Position numbers and translations under genes: made by a program. A stretch of 64,000 nt of DNA from Lama glama (taxonomy: Eukaryota). Numbering within the stretch: the stretch's first letter is position 1; each line of letters opens with the position of its first letter. The notes under the pieces were generated by a model. It did not search any database. It saw only the letters and a program-made list of their open reading frames with translations, and was not told the origin of the DNA. Positions 51,040-64,000 of this stretch are shown here, one piece after another. The stretch is taken from positions 19,160,001-19,224,000 of the forward strand of contig CM052816.1 in NCBI GenBank assembly GCA_028534125.1. The letters run 5' to 3'.

Positions 51040-52010
51040 CAATGACTGGGTACCTAATATATCCATATGACACAGGCGTAGGCAGTGGGGAAAGGATGTT
51101 CTGTTTTGGTTTGCTTTTTTGCTTCTATGGATAGTCAGTCCAACACCACCTGTTAAATAAAGCTAGGCTCCTCTGCACATCATATCCATACATGGCTTTC
51201 TAGCAGATTAAAGATATAAATGAAAAAATAAAACTGTAAAAAATATTAGAAGAAAATTTAAGAAAATGTGTATGTAAATTCAGGGGAGGGAGGTCTTCTT
51301 AAAGAAGACATAAAAAAACAGAGGCCATAATTAAAACAGAGGTTTTAATATGTGGCAACAAAACGTTTTTACATTTTTAGGTAGCCAGGTTTATCATAGA
51401 CAAAAATTAAAAGAATAGACGGGTGGAAAAATTTGCAGTCTTATGGCTCAGAGTTTATATGGTGTTTTAATAAAGGACTCCTACAAATAAAGAGGAAAAA
51501 GAAGGAAGAATAAAGAAGCAAAGGATATGAAAAGGCAGTTTAGAGAAGAGGAAATGTAAATTGCCAGTAAGCAATGAAAAGATATGCAACTTCACTGGTA
51601 GTTAGGGAAATACAAATTCAAACAATAAATATGAACCATCAGATTGAGAAAACTAAAATAGAATAGTAAGACGCAGTACTGTAAGGATGTGGGGAACAGG
51701 AGTGCTCATTCATAGCTAGGGTCTGATGAAATACTACAATCTTCAGTAAAGATGTCCAGTACCATCTATTACAATTTTAAATGCCTACAGTCTCACTTAC
51801 AGGAGTATGTTCTACGGGGCATATCTACAAGAATGTTTATAGCAGCATTGTCTGTTAGGGCAAAAACCGAATCAAACAGATGTCCATCAGTTGAAGTGTT
51901 GACTAAATTGTGTTATGTTTATACCACCGAACATAAATTATACAGCTATTTATAGAAAAAAAGAATAAATAGCAACTTCCATGTACTAACAGAAAAAGAC
52001 TATGATGGAT
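51040..52010 (+). mobile_element. L1ME-like ORF2 end/3' region
   Basis: GATTAAAGATATAAATG...TTAGAAGAAAAT; AAGAATGTTTATAGCAGCATTG; contains a micro-inversion (see findings). Confidence 0.75.
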
Positions 52011-52039
52011 TTTTTCCATTTTTAATTACTCATATATTA

Positions 52040-52232
52040 TAATGTATTGTCCTTTAATATGTATTATTTTATTAATGAATCTCTTTATTTTCCTTTATAT
52101 TTAATAGATATATTTTGGTGGGGGAGGCAATTAGGTTTATTTTTATTTATATTTAAGGAAGTACTTGGGATTGAACTCCGGACCTCATGCATGCTAAGCA
52201 TGCACTGTACCACTGAGTTGTATCCTGCCCCC
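52040..52232 (-). mobile_element. tRNA-Ala-derived SINE (camelid Vic-1-like)
   Basis: Reverse complement GGGGCAGGATACAACTCAGTGGTACAGTGCATGCTTAGCATGCATGAGGTCCGGAGTTCAATCCCAAGTACTTCC plus AT-rich tail; tail boundary approximate. Confidence 0.88.
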
Positions 52233-52768
52233 AATATATTACTCAATATATTTTGAAAGTTATCCACGCATGTCAGAAGGTTTGAATTTGCCTATGTCCC
52301 TTACTGATAAAGGAGGCTTTTTTCAGCAAATTTACTAGCTAACGCAATACTATGATGTGGTGTTAATTGAAAAGCAATGTCAAGTTAGAGTACTGTGTTT
52401 CACATGAGCCAAATTTTAGTTTTAAAAATAAATAAGTAATGAAAAAGGAGAAAAGTTAAAATCTCAGTAGGTGTGTATGTGTGTGTGTGTGTTTTAACTT
52501 TGTCTGTGCATGGAGAAAGATGTAGATGAAATTACCCTATATACTGTTAGCATTGATAATCTCAGAGGAACAGGATTTGAAGTGTGACCCACAAACTATT
52601 AACTTTTTCTTTACACAACTCTGAATTAGTTTTTTAGAGCAAACATATATGAGTTTTATAGTATTTTTAAGTAGAAAAGTTTTTAGTCACTCCAAAACCA
52701 AAATTCATTGGTAAAGGGGAAGTGACAGCCAAACCCCAAGACATGCTTAATAAATACAACAGAGCACG

Positions 52769-52887
52769 CTAATTAGTACTGTAGCGCATACTAATTAATA
52801 CTATGGCGTGTACTGAGTAACACTATGAAGTGTAGTAGTTAACACGAGGGACTGTACTAATTACTACAGGGTGCACTAATACAATGG
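52769..52887. repeat. Degenerate 22-bp tandem repeat (four full units and two partial)
   Basis: Units: CTAATTAGTACTGTAGCGCATA / CTAATTAATACTATGGCGTGTA / CTGAGTAACACTATGAAGTGTA / GTAGTTAACACGAGGGACTGTA / CTAATTACTACAGGGTGCA / CTAATACAATGG. Confidence 0.8.
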
Positions 52888-52889
52888 AG

Positions 52890-53120
52890 TAGCCAGAGAG
52901 GCGGCACTGCCCTGCACTCAGGGAGCTCACAGACAAGTCAGGGAGACCAGGGAGACAAAATACATGAAACCCTTAGAGATCAATTTTAGAAGTCCACAAA
53001 GGTTCAGGAGCAGACGTGACCTGGGGTGTTCAAGATGGGCTTCATGGTGGAGGGTTCCAAGGCTTTGAGAACTAAAGGATTTGGATGAACGGAGGATTAG
53101 GGAGTGCAAGAGTAGCAGCA
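52890..53120 (-). mobile_element. L2 fragment
   Basis: CCCTGCACTCAGGGAGCTCACAGAC...GGGCTTCATGGTGGAGG. Confidence 0.55.
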
Positions 53121-54444
53121 GTACGAAGAAAAGGTCCCTGGCTGTGAGTGAGCCTGGTCATGAGAGTCCAGGAAAGGGCCTGGCACTCCGTAGGTGCTCA
53201 GCAATGCTTCCTGGGCTCCGCCTGCCGCACCTCCTTTTCTTCAGAAGGTGGCACTGGTTAACGAGAGTTTGCACATCAGCCTGAACACGGCCTCTACAAA
53301 GGACAAGTTTCGGTTTCCCTTCACAGGACCAGTTCCATAGGGAATGATTCACAGCCAGACTGCTCTGTGCCCCAAGTGCTGAGCCAAAGGCAGGCTCTCT
53401 GAAGTCTGGGAGCCCCACCAGGGAGCAGGGGCCTGTCAGGCTCACCTATGGGGTCACAGAGCAGCATTTTTGCCCACCCCAGGTCAGTTCCCATCGCCAC
53501 GCACGTGAAGTCAACACGCCCCACTCACAAGATAGCACACAGACGGTGGTGGCTATCTTCCCAGCTGGTATCTAAGCTGCTTGAGGGCAGCGACCAGCTC
53601 TGTCTGGCTCACGCTCCTTTGTCAGACACATCAGTGAGTAACTGACAGATTCATGTTGGTTTGCACAGTTGGTCTTGGTTGCAGAAGCCTCTGGCTTTCC
53701 TCCTTGGAGTCTGGCAGAATGATAACACTACCAGAAGTTGGGAGGAAAAAGCCAGGATCTGGAGTTTACAAGACTGATAAGCAAGGTTTCGTTTTGAGAG
53801 GCCAAAAGAAAATAGTGACCTATACCAGTATGTTTAAGAGAGTATTTGAAGAAGGAAGAGGACAGGCTGTGCATTATTTTCCATGGGGAAGGAGGAAAGA
53901 GGGTAGCTTGCAAATTGCTTTCAGTATTTTCATTGGCGGCATAAGCACTTATTTCATGTGATTGCTGAAGGAGGAATGAGGAAGGAGCGTGATTTTCCCA
54001 CAGGCACATCCTTGGTGGAAAACGGTGATGCTTTATTTCAAGCCTGAGAACGTTCTGGGGCTTACACTTCTAGACTCCTCAAGGATAGCAAGGCCGACTC
54101 TGTAGAGAGACCCATCCCTCCCTGCCAGTTCCTTTTCTCAGCCCTCAGATCGTTCAAATCCATCCCTGCCCAGTCTGTGACTGGAGGTATGCCTTGGCCC
54201 TGCTCAGCCAGCTGCTGGGCACCCGGAGCTGGGTACAAGGTATGGCTCCCGCTCTCCCAGACTTGGAGCCAGCAGCGTCCTATCTCAGACTCACAGCTTC
54301 TCTCCCAGAACCCACAGGAATGATGGCACCCTCCTCCTGGGGCAATCGTCACTTCTTTCAGAACCCAAAGGGGCTGGCTCCCTACCTTGGTTTCAACCTC
54401 TTTGATTTTAAAAATCTTTGCTTTCTGCTCAGAGGAAGTGAGGT

Positions 54445-54690
54445 CCCTTCATTCATTCAACCAATGTTTAGTGAGTGATTTTCATGAGCCAAGCTGTGGT
54501 CTACCCCGAGGAGTAAACAGTAGTGAACAGAACAGAAAAAAAAAAATCCATCCTCGAGGGGCTTAAATTTTAGTAGCGGAAGCAGAAGAAAAACTAATTA
54601 ATAAATAAGTCATTTATCCAAGTGCCGTAAGATAAGGCGGGGGCGGGGTGTGCTCCAGGGACCGTGAGGAGGGGATGTTAGATAGGGTGG
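54445..54690 (-). mobile_element. L2 3' end
   Basis: TTCATTCATTCAACCAATGTTTAGTGAGTG...AGTGAACAGAACAG...CCTCGAGGGGCTTAAATTTTAGT. Confidence 0.75.
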
Positions 54691-57389
54691 TGGGCGAGCT
54701 CCCCTCTCTGCTCCTGCCTGCTCAGCCTTTATCTTCTTGCCGAGATGGTGTTATTATGGTTCCCAAATGTTTGAGGTTCGAGTGAAGAGTTCATCTGTAA
54801 TGGGATTATCTCTGGCCCTGTTTGCTTTCATTACAGTCCGACTCTCTCCGAGCATGAGAATCTAACCTTACCGAAAGCATATTTTGGTAATCTGATATAA
54901 ACTAAATTTAAACTTTGACCTCCAACAATAAAAACGCTGCTTTCCTCCTGTGAAGACCTGAAATTCAGATTAAGGGCCTGCCAGCTTCACTTTCCGGGTT
55001 TCTGACTTCTAATTAGATTCTAAGCATTACTCAGAAGGGGCTGAGCACAGGCCCAGGCCCGTGTCGGGAGCTGGCCCACTGGCCTGGTTTCCCCTCATTC
55101 CCATCAGATGCCTCTCCCAACTTTCCCGCACCTTTCCCTCCAGCTTCCGTTTTGTGGTATCGGCGCAGAACAGAAAGTTCGGGCTGGAAACTCAAAATTA
55201 AATTGCTGTCTTAGGCCACACTACAAATGTGTTCTGATTCCCGTTTTGCCCAAACTGCTTTAATCCTGGTGTGGGTAAAGGTTAAGTATGAGCTTACTCC
55301 AATCTGCCCCCACGTCATGTTCTAATTCCTATAGGTTATCTTACTTGGAAATTAAGGCGAGCAAACTCCACGAGGGGGCCGCCCGCGCCCAGGGCTGCTC
55401 CCTGCCTCTCAAACCGCCACAGCCTTTCCTGCCGCCCACCCATCAACCATTTTGTTTTTCAGAGCCTGGCATTCATATGTTGCTCGAGTTTGCTAGACAC
55501 AAAATTAAAATCTTGCCTTTTCCTTTTATTTTCTTAAAGAGAGAAATTAAGTAAGTTTCACAGTCTGGACCAGAATAAGCAACTCAAAATTCAAATTCAG
55601 GGATGTCCCACATTAATAACTGTTCACCAAGGAAGCATTTCCTGTTTATACGTTGAGCTAATGAGAATCCATCACCCCTGTCAAATACACTGAACACCAA
55701 ATTCAAATGTCAAACCAAATGTAAGAGGTCACACATTTCCTTTGCTAACTAAAAGTGTAATTCATAAATATTATTGCTACCAAACTCTCCATCTACAACA
55801 TTTGTTTAGAAATATGCACATGTAATATAAATTGTGATTAAGTTAAATGGGTATATTATTTCCTGTTTTAAGGGCTAACAGCAGCATGAATTATGCTTTA
55901 CTGCAAAGAAGGCTCAAGTCACAAGCAGTCCTGCCTGAGTACAGCCCGACATTTTACACCCCCAGATTGGTTTTTGCACGTTCATTCATAAATACTTTAC
56001 ATTACCCAGCCTTGCTGATAACTTTCACTTCTGCTGCCTTATAAAATAGCTCTTACTATTGAAAAGGTCAGCTAAATGGACATAAACTTTGAGTCCAGCT
56101 ACAAGGAAAAATAAAAGTGGAAAAACAAAAAAGATTTACGAAGCCAGGGTCTTCATTTACCTCCGTAAGCATAATACCAGAATCCAAATTAAACTGAAAC
56201 TTTGCATCTGTGGCATGATTTAGTGAGAAGGGAATTCTTAGGACGAGAAGCAACAACGCAGATTTTTAACTTCCAAAATTAATAACAGGGAGTAGAAAAA
56301 CAAGCGGGGAAGCAATCATTCATTCCGTTTTTGTCTACAAATAAATTCAACTGACGTCCTTCGTTTTAAAAACATGTATACAAATTAATATTTATATTTT
56401 AGGAAAACAAACTGTATTCCAGCAAGGAAAACAAGGGAAGCAGAACAAACAGAAATACACTCTCACCTAAGAACCTGATGGGGAATGGTCCTCACGGCAC
56501 TCTAATGAAAGGGTGGAAAAAGGGAGAACCAGAATCAAAGCTGACCCTAACCAGTCCTGCTGTCAGTTCAGGGAAGGAGTGCAGTTCCACTCTCCAGTCA
56601 ATGAAAACTATCACCAAAGACCGAAAACGCAAGGCAAGCAAGCAAATAAACCCTGCACTCCCCGCCTGGGTTGAGAGGCTTGCTCCCACAGGCAAGCTGC
56701 GAGGCTTAGTCCCAAATCTCTGCAGAGCCCACTTCCCTCTCACCAAGGCCTCCGAGCCTCCCTCCCATGGGGCCAGGTCCCCCCACCCCACCCCGCCTTC
56801 CTTCGCCAGGCGAAGGCCTGTGGAGGAGGAAGGTGGGTTAGATGCTCCTCGGAGGAGCTCTGAGTCATCAGTGTTTTCCAAATCTTTCCCAAGGGGAGCC
56901 AGCCAGACGCCATCACGCCAGACAATTCTGCAATGAAACCGAATCTTTGATGTCACAGATTGGTGAGAGGGATAAACTGGGTTCCTCAAAGAGATAACCA
57001 AGATGACGCTCCAGCTTTTGATGTCTGGTGAATAGCATTTCATAAACTACAGATTCAGCAGCAGATAATTAACAGATACCACTGAAGCTTGTTTCTGCGG
57101 ACACGCGGCCTGTTCAATAGGAAGGCGGCCAGGGGCTGCCTCTTACCTGCCCCGCAGCCTCGCCTCCCCCCAGGCAAAGGCTGAGTGGGCAGATCTGGGT
57201 TTGAGAATAGGTCCTCCTAGAGAACAGCTTAAAGTATGCAGCTCTCATTAAAAATTTAAATTAGGTTTCCAATAGTTTTATCATAGCATTTTCCCATCAT
57301 AATAGAATAGTTGTATCATTGGGTTATTTTAAATATAGCTAACTATGATTTGAAGTCCAGCGAAAGAGAATGACTTTTTTTATCCCACA

Positions 57390-60300
57390 TTTTTTTTATT
57401 GGTGTATAATTTACATAAAGTGAAATGCTCAGGTTTTAAGTGTTTTGTTAAGTCCATTTTGATGAATACATACAAAGATGTGGAACATTTCTCTCATCCA
57501 GAAAGTTCCTCACACCTCTTCTCAATTTTCCACCCTAGAATCAACCACTAATCTGATTTCTATCACCACAATGTGATTTAGTTTTTCCTGCTCCAGAATT
57601 TCTTATAAATGGACCACATAGTACGCATATTTTTGTATCCAGCTTTATTTACTCATCGTAGTTATGAGATTCATTCACAATACTGAGACTATTAGAAGCT
57701 CATTCCTTTATGTTGCTCGGTATTCTGTTGTGTGACTGTGCCACACACGGTGTGCTTATCCATTCACTCTTCACTGCTGGACACCTGAGCTGCTTTCCAG
57801 TTTCAGAATTTTATGAATAAAGCTGCTATCAACATTCCTATGCAAAAATTTTTGTGAAAATATACTTTCATTTCCTTCAGGTAAACGTCCAAATATGGAA
57901 CTGCTGGGTCTCAGGGTAAACATATTTTTGACTTTTTAAGAAGGTGCCAGTTTTCCAAAGTGGTTACACCATTTTATACTTCCATCAGCAATGCATGAGC
58001 GTTCCAGTTCCTCCATAACCTCTCCCACATTTCAAGTTGTCAATTTTTTTTTTTCACTTTAACCCTTTTGGTGAATAACCTCTGGTGGATAACTAGTAGT
58101 AACTCACTGTAATTTTAGTTTGCTTTTACCTGAAACCTAATGATGTTGAACACTTTTTCAGGTAATATACATTTGCATATATTCTTTAGAGAAGTTTCTA
58201 TTAAAGTTGTTTTGCCCATCTTTAATTGGATTGTCTTTTAATTATTGAGTTGTAAGTGTTTTTCTCTTCTATCGTCTTCAAAAGATGCAAGTCTTTTGGC
58301 AGGCATGTGTTAGTCTATTTATTTCCTTAACAGTGTCTTCTGATGAGCAAAAATTTTTAATTTTGATAAAATCCAATTTACCAAATTTTGTTTTTATGGC
58401 CCATGCTTTTTGTGACCTAAGAAATCTTTGTCTACCCAAAGGTTAAAAAAAATTCTATTTTTTTCTAGTCATTTTATTACTTTAGCTTTTATGACCCATA
58501 TTGATATGATTTTTATACATGATTAGACATAGAAGCCGAGGGTTTTTTTTCCCTTTTTTAATGGATATCCAGTTGTTCCCATACCATTTGCTAAAGAGAT
58601 TTTCTTTCCCTATTGAATTTCCTTGATACTCTTCTCAAAAATCTTTGGACCATATATCTGTAGGTCTGTGTATAGACTCTATTCTGTTCCATTTATCCAT
58701 TTGTTCATCCTTTCTTCAATACCACACTGTCTTGATTACTGCAGTTACGTAGTCAGTCTTATAATAAAGTATGGTAAGTCTTCCAAATTTGTTTTACTTT
58801 TTCAATATTGTTTTGATTATTCTAGGCCTTTTTGTCTTTCCATATAAATTTTAAAATCACTTTGTCAAAGGAAAAAAGCCCACTTTGTGAGATTTCAATT
58901 AGGACTGATCAATTTTGGGAGAATTGACTTTTTAATAATATTAAGTCTTCCAATCCATAAACATGGTATATCTCTTCATTTATTTAGATCTTATCAAATT
59001 TCTGTCAGCAATGTTTTAGTTTCAGCCTTATGCATCTTTCATTAAATTTATCCCTAAGTATTTGATTTTCCTCTGCTATAGTGAATGTTATTTTAGATTT
59101 TTCATTGTTGATTATTTACTTCTAGTACATGGAGTCATAATTTTGTTACATCTTCCATGATTACAAAATAAATGATTACTTCATTTTTTAAAAATTCCTT
59201 AGGTGTCTCTCTGTACAAAACCATGTCACGTGTAAGTAAAGAAAATTTTACTTCTTCCTTTCTAATCTGTATGTTCTTTATTTCTTTTGCTTATATTATT
59301 TCTTTGTCTAAGATTTATAGCAAAATGATGAATAAAAGTTGTGAAAGAGGCATCCTCACTTTGTCTCCACTCTATGTAGGAAAGTATTCAGTCACCAGTA
59401 AGTACGTTAGCTGTAGAATTTTTGTAGATACTACTTGTCAGGTTGAGAAAGCTCCCTTTGTGCCCTAGTTTGCCAAGTTTTTATCATAAATAGATGTTAA
59501 AAATTTGGCCACAGCTGTTTCTGCATCTATGAAAACACGATTTTCTCCTTTAGTTAATCTGGTAAAGTATATTGATTGTTTTTTAAATTTTACATCAACT
59601 TTACATTCCTGGGATAAACTCTACTTATGCTTTTCTATATATTGTTGACTTCATTTGCTAACATTTTCTTAAGAATTTTTATACCTATGTTAATAGGGAC
59701 TCTGGTATGTAATTTTCTTTTCTTATAATGCCCTTGTCTGGAATTGCTATCAAAGTAATGCTGGACTCAAAATGACTTGGGAAATATTCCCTAATATTCT
59801 ATTTCCTGAAAGAGTTTGTGTAGAACTGGTATTCCTTGAATATTTAAAAGAATTTACCAGAAAAACTATCTAAGCCTGGACATTTGTTTATGGGAAGTTG
59901 TTTAATTACAAAATCATTTTCTTTAGTGAATACAGGGTTTAGATTTTCTGTTTCTTCTTGTGTCAGTTTTGTCAGTTACGTTTTTCAAGTAATGTGTCCC
60001 TGTCACCCATGTCACTGATGACCTGACTGTTTTTTGACCGTTGGTATTTTTTAGAAACTAGATGTTTTGTAGAACCATTGCTATAAAGTTGTTCATAACA
60101 TCACCTCATTATCCTTCTAATGTCTTTAGTGATGGCCCCTCTTTCATTCCTGGTATTAGTAATGTGCATTTTCTCATTTTTAACTTGTTATACTTTTTTG
60201 TTGCGGTTTAAAAATACATAACATAAAATTTACCCTCGTAATCATTTCTAAGTCTATAGTTCAATAGTGTTAAGTATATTCACATTGTTGTGTAACCAAC

Positions 60301-63300
60301 CTCCAGAACTTTTCATCTTGCAAAACTAAAATTCAATATCCATTAATAAATTTTCCTAGGTGTTCATTAATTTTATTAATCTTCTTAACAAACCAACATT
60401 AGTCTTTGCTGATTTTCTCTATTGCTTGTTTTCTATTTTATTGATTTAATTAGCTCATCTCTTGTTAACATTTTAAGGCACAAAGGTAATTGATTTTGCA
60501 CCCTACTTATTTTCTAATGTAAGCATTTAAAGCATGAATTTCCCTTTAAAAATTATTCATCCCACAGATGTTGATGTCATCTCTTCATTATCATTAAATT
60601 TAAAGTATTTTTTAATTTCCCTTGTGACTTTGAGCCATGGGTTATTTATTCCTATACTGTTTAACTTCCAAATATTTGAGAAATTTTGTAGGTATCTTGT
60701 TGTCATTGATCACTACTTTAAATTCTGTTTTGTTCAGAGGAGATACTTAGAAATTCAATCCTTAGAAATTCATTGAGACTTGTTGATGGTCTAGTTTAGG
60801 TCTATGTTGCAGAATGCCCCATGTGCACTTGAAAAGTATGTGCATTTTGCTTTTGCTGGGTGGAGTGTTCGATAAACATAAATTAGATCATGTTATTGGC
60901 AGTGTTCAAGTCTTGCATATACTCACCAATCTTTCAATATATCAGTTACTGAGAGAAGGATCTTTAATTCTTCAGCTATGATTCAGCTTTAGTTCTAACA
61001 ATTTTTGCTTCATGTATTTTGGTTCTTTGTTATTAGGTACACATAAATTTTAGATTTTTATGTTTTCTTAATTAACATTTGTCATCATAAAATACCTCTT
61101 TATCTTTTTATCATCTTGAAGTCTACTCTTTCTGATATCAGTATAGCGTCAGCTATTTTTTTATGCATAGTGTTTGCACAGTATCTATTCCTAATCTACC
61201 ATAAATCTGTGTGTGACTTTATCTTTAAAGTATATTTCTTATAAACTACATATAGTTGAGTCTTGCATCTTTATCCAGTCTGACAATCACTAATTTTTAA
61301 TTGGGAAGGTTAATCCATTTACATGTAATTCAACTACTTACATATTTTATTTTAAGTATAACAAACATGGGTTTGATTATTATTATTCCTTTAGGCTCTT
61401 TGTTTTTCTGTTACTCCTATCCTGAATTTTGGGGATGAAACAAATATTCTTAGTATTTCATTTCATCTCCGCTAGTGACATGTTAGGCTTGCTTGCTTGT
61501 ATTATACTTTTAGTGATTTCTCTAGACATTACATGTTTATCTTTGATTTCTCAATTAACTTTCAAAAATATTTGATGACTTTCTAAACAATTTAAGAACT
61601 GATGACAGTGTATTTCCAATTACAATACTCCCACCCTTTCTGCTCCTGCTGCCAGAGGTTTTATAGTTCTAAAAGACTATAAACCTCCATATTCTTTTGT
61701 TATTATTTTTACTTTAAACGACCAATTATCTTTAAAGAGTTTTAAAGGTGCTTTAAGTTTATAGACCTACTCATTCTTTCTGGTGTCCTTCATTCATACT
61801 GGTTCTTCCTGTTGAACCAGATTCTCTTCTGAAATCATTTTCTTTTAGCCTATAGAACTCCATTTAGCTTTTCCTGCTCTTCTGGAGATTGATTATTTCA
61901 GCTTTTGTTTGTGCGCGTATGTCTTTATTTCATACTCACTTTTGAAGTATATTTTCACTGCATATAGAATTCTAGGTTGACAGGTTTAGTTTCTTTTTCC
62001 TCACAGCACTCTAAAGATGACATTCCATTGCCTCTGATCTCTATTATTTCTGATGAAAAGTCAACTATCATTCTTGTCATTGTCCCTCCATGTCTATGAT
62101 AAAACTATGACAAATATTTTTTTCTTCAGCCTTTTCCAGCAATTTGGCTATGATCTTGCTTGAGATTCTCTAAGCTGCTTAGACTTGTGGTGGTATGATT
62201 TTTTTCCATTAGTTTTGGAAAATGTTTGGTCCCTATCTCTTCAAATTATTTTTTCTGCCCTTTTCTGGCTCGTCTTCTTTTTCTAGGATTCCAATTACAT
62301 GTGTGTCCGACTTTTTGGTGTTATCCCAAACTCTCAAACTCTGTTTCGTTTTTTTCAGTCTATTTCTTCCTTTTTGTTTCGGTTTAGATCATTTCTATTG
62401 ACATGTCTTTATTGATTTTTTTCCTCTGTTGTATCCAGTCTCCTAACAAGTCCATCAACAGAATTTTTCATGCCTGTCATCCTGTTTTTCATTTCTAGCA
62501 TTTCCATTTAATTTTGTTTTTATATTTTGCATATGCCTGCTGAAATTCTCTATCTGTTGATACATGTTGCCCATCTTTTTCACTAGAACCTTTAGGATAT
62601 TTATCACAGTTATTTTACAGTCCCTGTCTGATAATTTCCAACATGTGGGCCAATCTTGACCTGGTTCTATCAATTATTTTATCTCTTGACAAGTGATCAT
62701 ATCATTGGGGAGGGGGTGTGTGTGTGATATACACTTATACTGAACACTACACACTGTGTGCAAAATATAGTCAAGACTGAGGTAAATACTCCCCCAAATG
62801 AAGAATTCCCTTCTTCTAACAGGCTGTTAATGTCAGAAGTTTTGTTAGTATCTAGTTTGTAGTTGAGTTGGGTTTGGGCTTCATTATTGCTTTTGTTACA
62901 TTATGTGTACTGCAGGCTTCAAATTTTCTTCATGGTGGACCCAAATTTAGGGTGCCGCCTTCTCAGCGTGAAGCCAAATGTGAGAGACTTTCTCTGAACT
63001 CTTCTATACCTCCGACCACTTCAGCAGGCTCTGCCCTACAGAAGGGGTCTCTCTCAGCATTCCTGCCCCTCTCCTGGTGGTGCACTGCTGTCTGGTGTTC
63101 AGCTATGCATATCTGTGCCTCAGAGAGGCTCCCTCTCCGCTCTCCTGCCTTCTGCCCAATAGGAGATGACCGCTGTATCACACTGAGCACGGAATCCAGA
63201 TCTCGGGCAGGTTTTGGGCCCTCACCCAGCAGCAGATGAGCACTGACTCTTTCCCATGTAATGTCCAAAAGGGTTTCTCTGCACAAGAAGGTTTCTCTTG

Positions 63301-63930
63301 GTTTTCCTGCTCTGGCCTCAGTGCTAGGCAGGTCTTGGGCCTCTGCCTCAGAGGTGGGGCTCTCTTAACACTCCTGTCCTCCCCCAGGGGCAGATACCTC
63401 CTGCCACTTACTCTTGGAAAGTCAGGAAAACAGGAGGGTTTGTATTGGTTCTACTGTTTTAACTACAGACTCAGCCAGGCTCTGTGTACCTGCACCACAG
63501 AGAGTTTTCTCTCTATTCTCCTGTGCTGCCCTCTGTCTTCCCTTGTGAGCTCTCGATGGAAGCCATGGACAGAAGTGAGCATGCAGACACCTCTTGTGTC
63601 TGGGGCTTCCAAGAATTCTAACCTGCCATAGTAGCCCACACTTGGCTTTTAAAATTTTATTCCAACTTCAGCTGCTTTCTTCTCACTTGCTTTCTGTGAT
63701 GGTGACCTCCTCTTCCGGCTGCTCAGCCCAAGGTGAAATAATCATGGGTCTCATCTCTTCCTGGAGGGGCTGTCACCCTTAGGATTTTAATTCATCAGGT
63801 TACCTTGTGTCCTCAGCTCTCTGATAGACTTAATATATGATTTTGTAAATAAACTGGCTTGTTCTTATTGTTAGGGTAGGAGCAATGTTCTCTTGCAAAT
63901 GTTTACATCCCAGGCAGAAGCTCTCACTAG
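57390..63930 (-). mobile_element. Long decayed L1M sequence (3' end at left, ORF2, ORF1 remnant ~61800-62690, 5' region), with a nested L1MB 3' fragment at ~60212-60350
   Basis: T-tract plus TTATTGGTGTATAATTTACATA at 57390; reversed ORF2 motifs; ORF1-like LSDRDCKITVINILKVL (ORF 62455-62673). May be more than one element. Confidence 0.8.
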
Positions 63931-64000
63931 ATATGAGTATTAGTAACTAATAACCTCTCTTTTTTGGTATGCATTTATAAGCTTTAGATGCAACTTCACT

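Noticed and set aside
52769..52887. CRISPR-like array
   Set aside because: The units are contiguous degenerate tandem copies with no unique spacers, no cas genes and a mammalian context.
56478..57043. Overlapping 152-aa (+) and 183-aa (-) ORFs as single-exon genes
   Set aside because: No recognisable protein features; locally GC-rich sequence gives long chance ORFs on both strands.

Overview
Mammalian (eutherian) genomic DNA, very probably from a camelid: three copies of a tRNA-Ala-derived SINE with the GCATGCTTAGCATGC core resemble the camelid Vic-1 type. More than half of the window is interspersed repeat: LINE-1 of several ages, HAL1, L2, MIR, MaLR/MLT1 LTRs and SINEs. I can recognise no protein-coding gene, RNA gene or prokaryotic system. 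The supplied ORFs are chance ORFs or decayed L1 ORF1/ORF2 pieces. The best-supported unusual features are retrotransposon structures defined by target-site duplications (TSDs): an internally deleted L1 (ORF1 joined to the end of ORF2) apparently carrying a ~550-bp 3' transduction (16.6-20.6 kb), three nested L1s (26-37 kb), a twin-primed 5'-inverted L1, and a ~55-bp in-situ micro-inversion. Repeat-poor islands (4.0-5.6 kb, 48.7-51 kb, 54.7-57.4 kb) contain candidate enhancer motifs and weak candidate exons that I cannot assign to a gene. Repeat subfamily names are by eye, and boundaries without TSDs are approximate.
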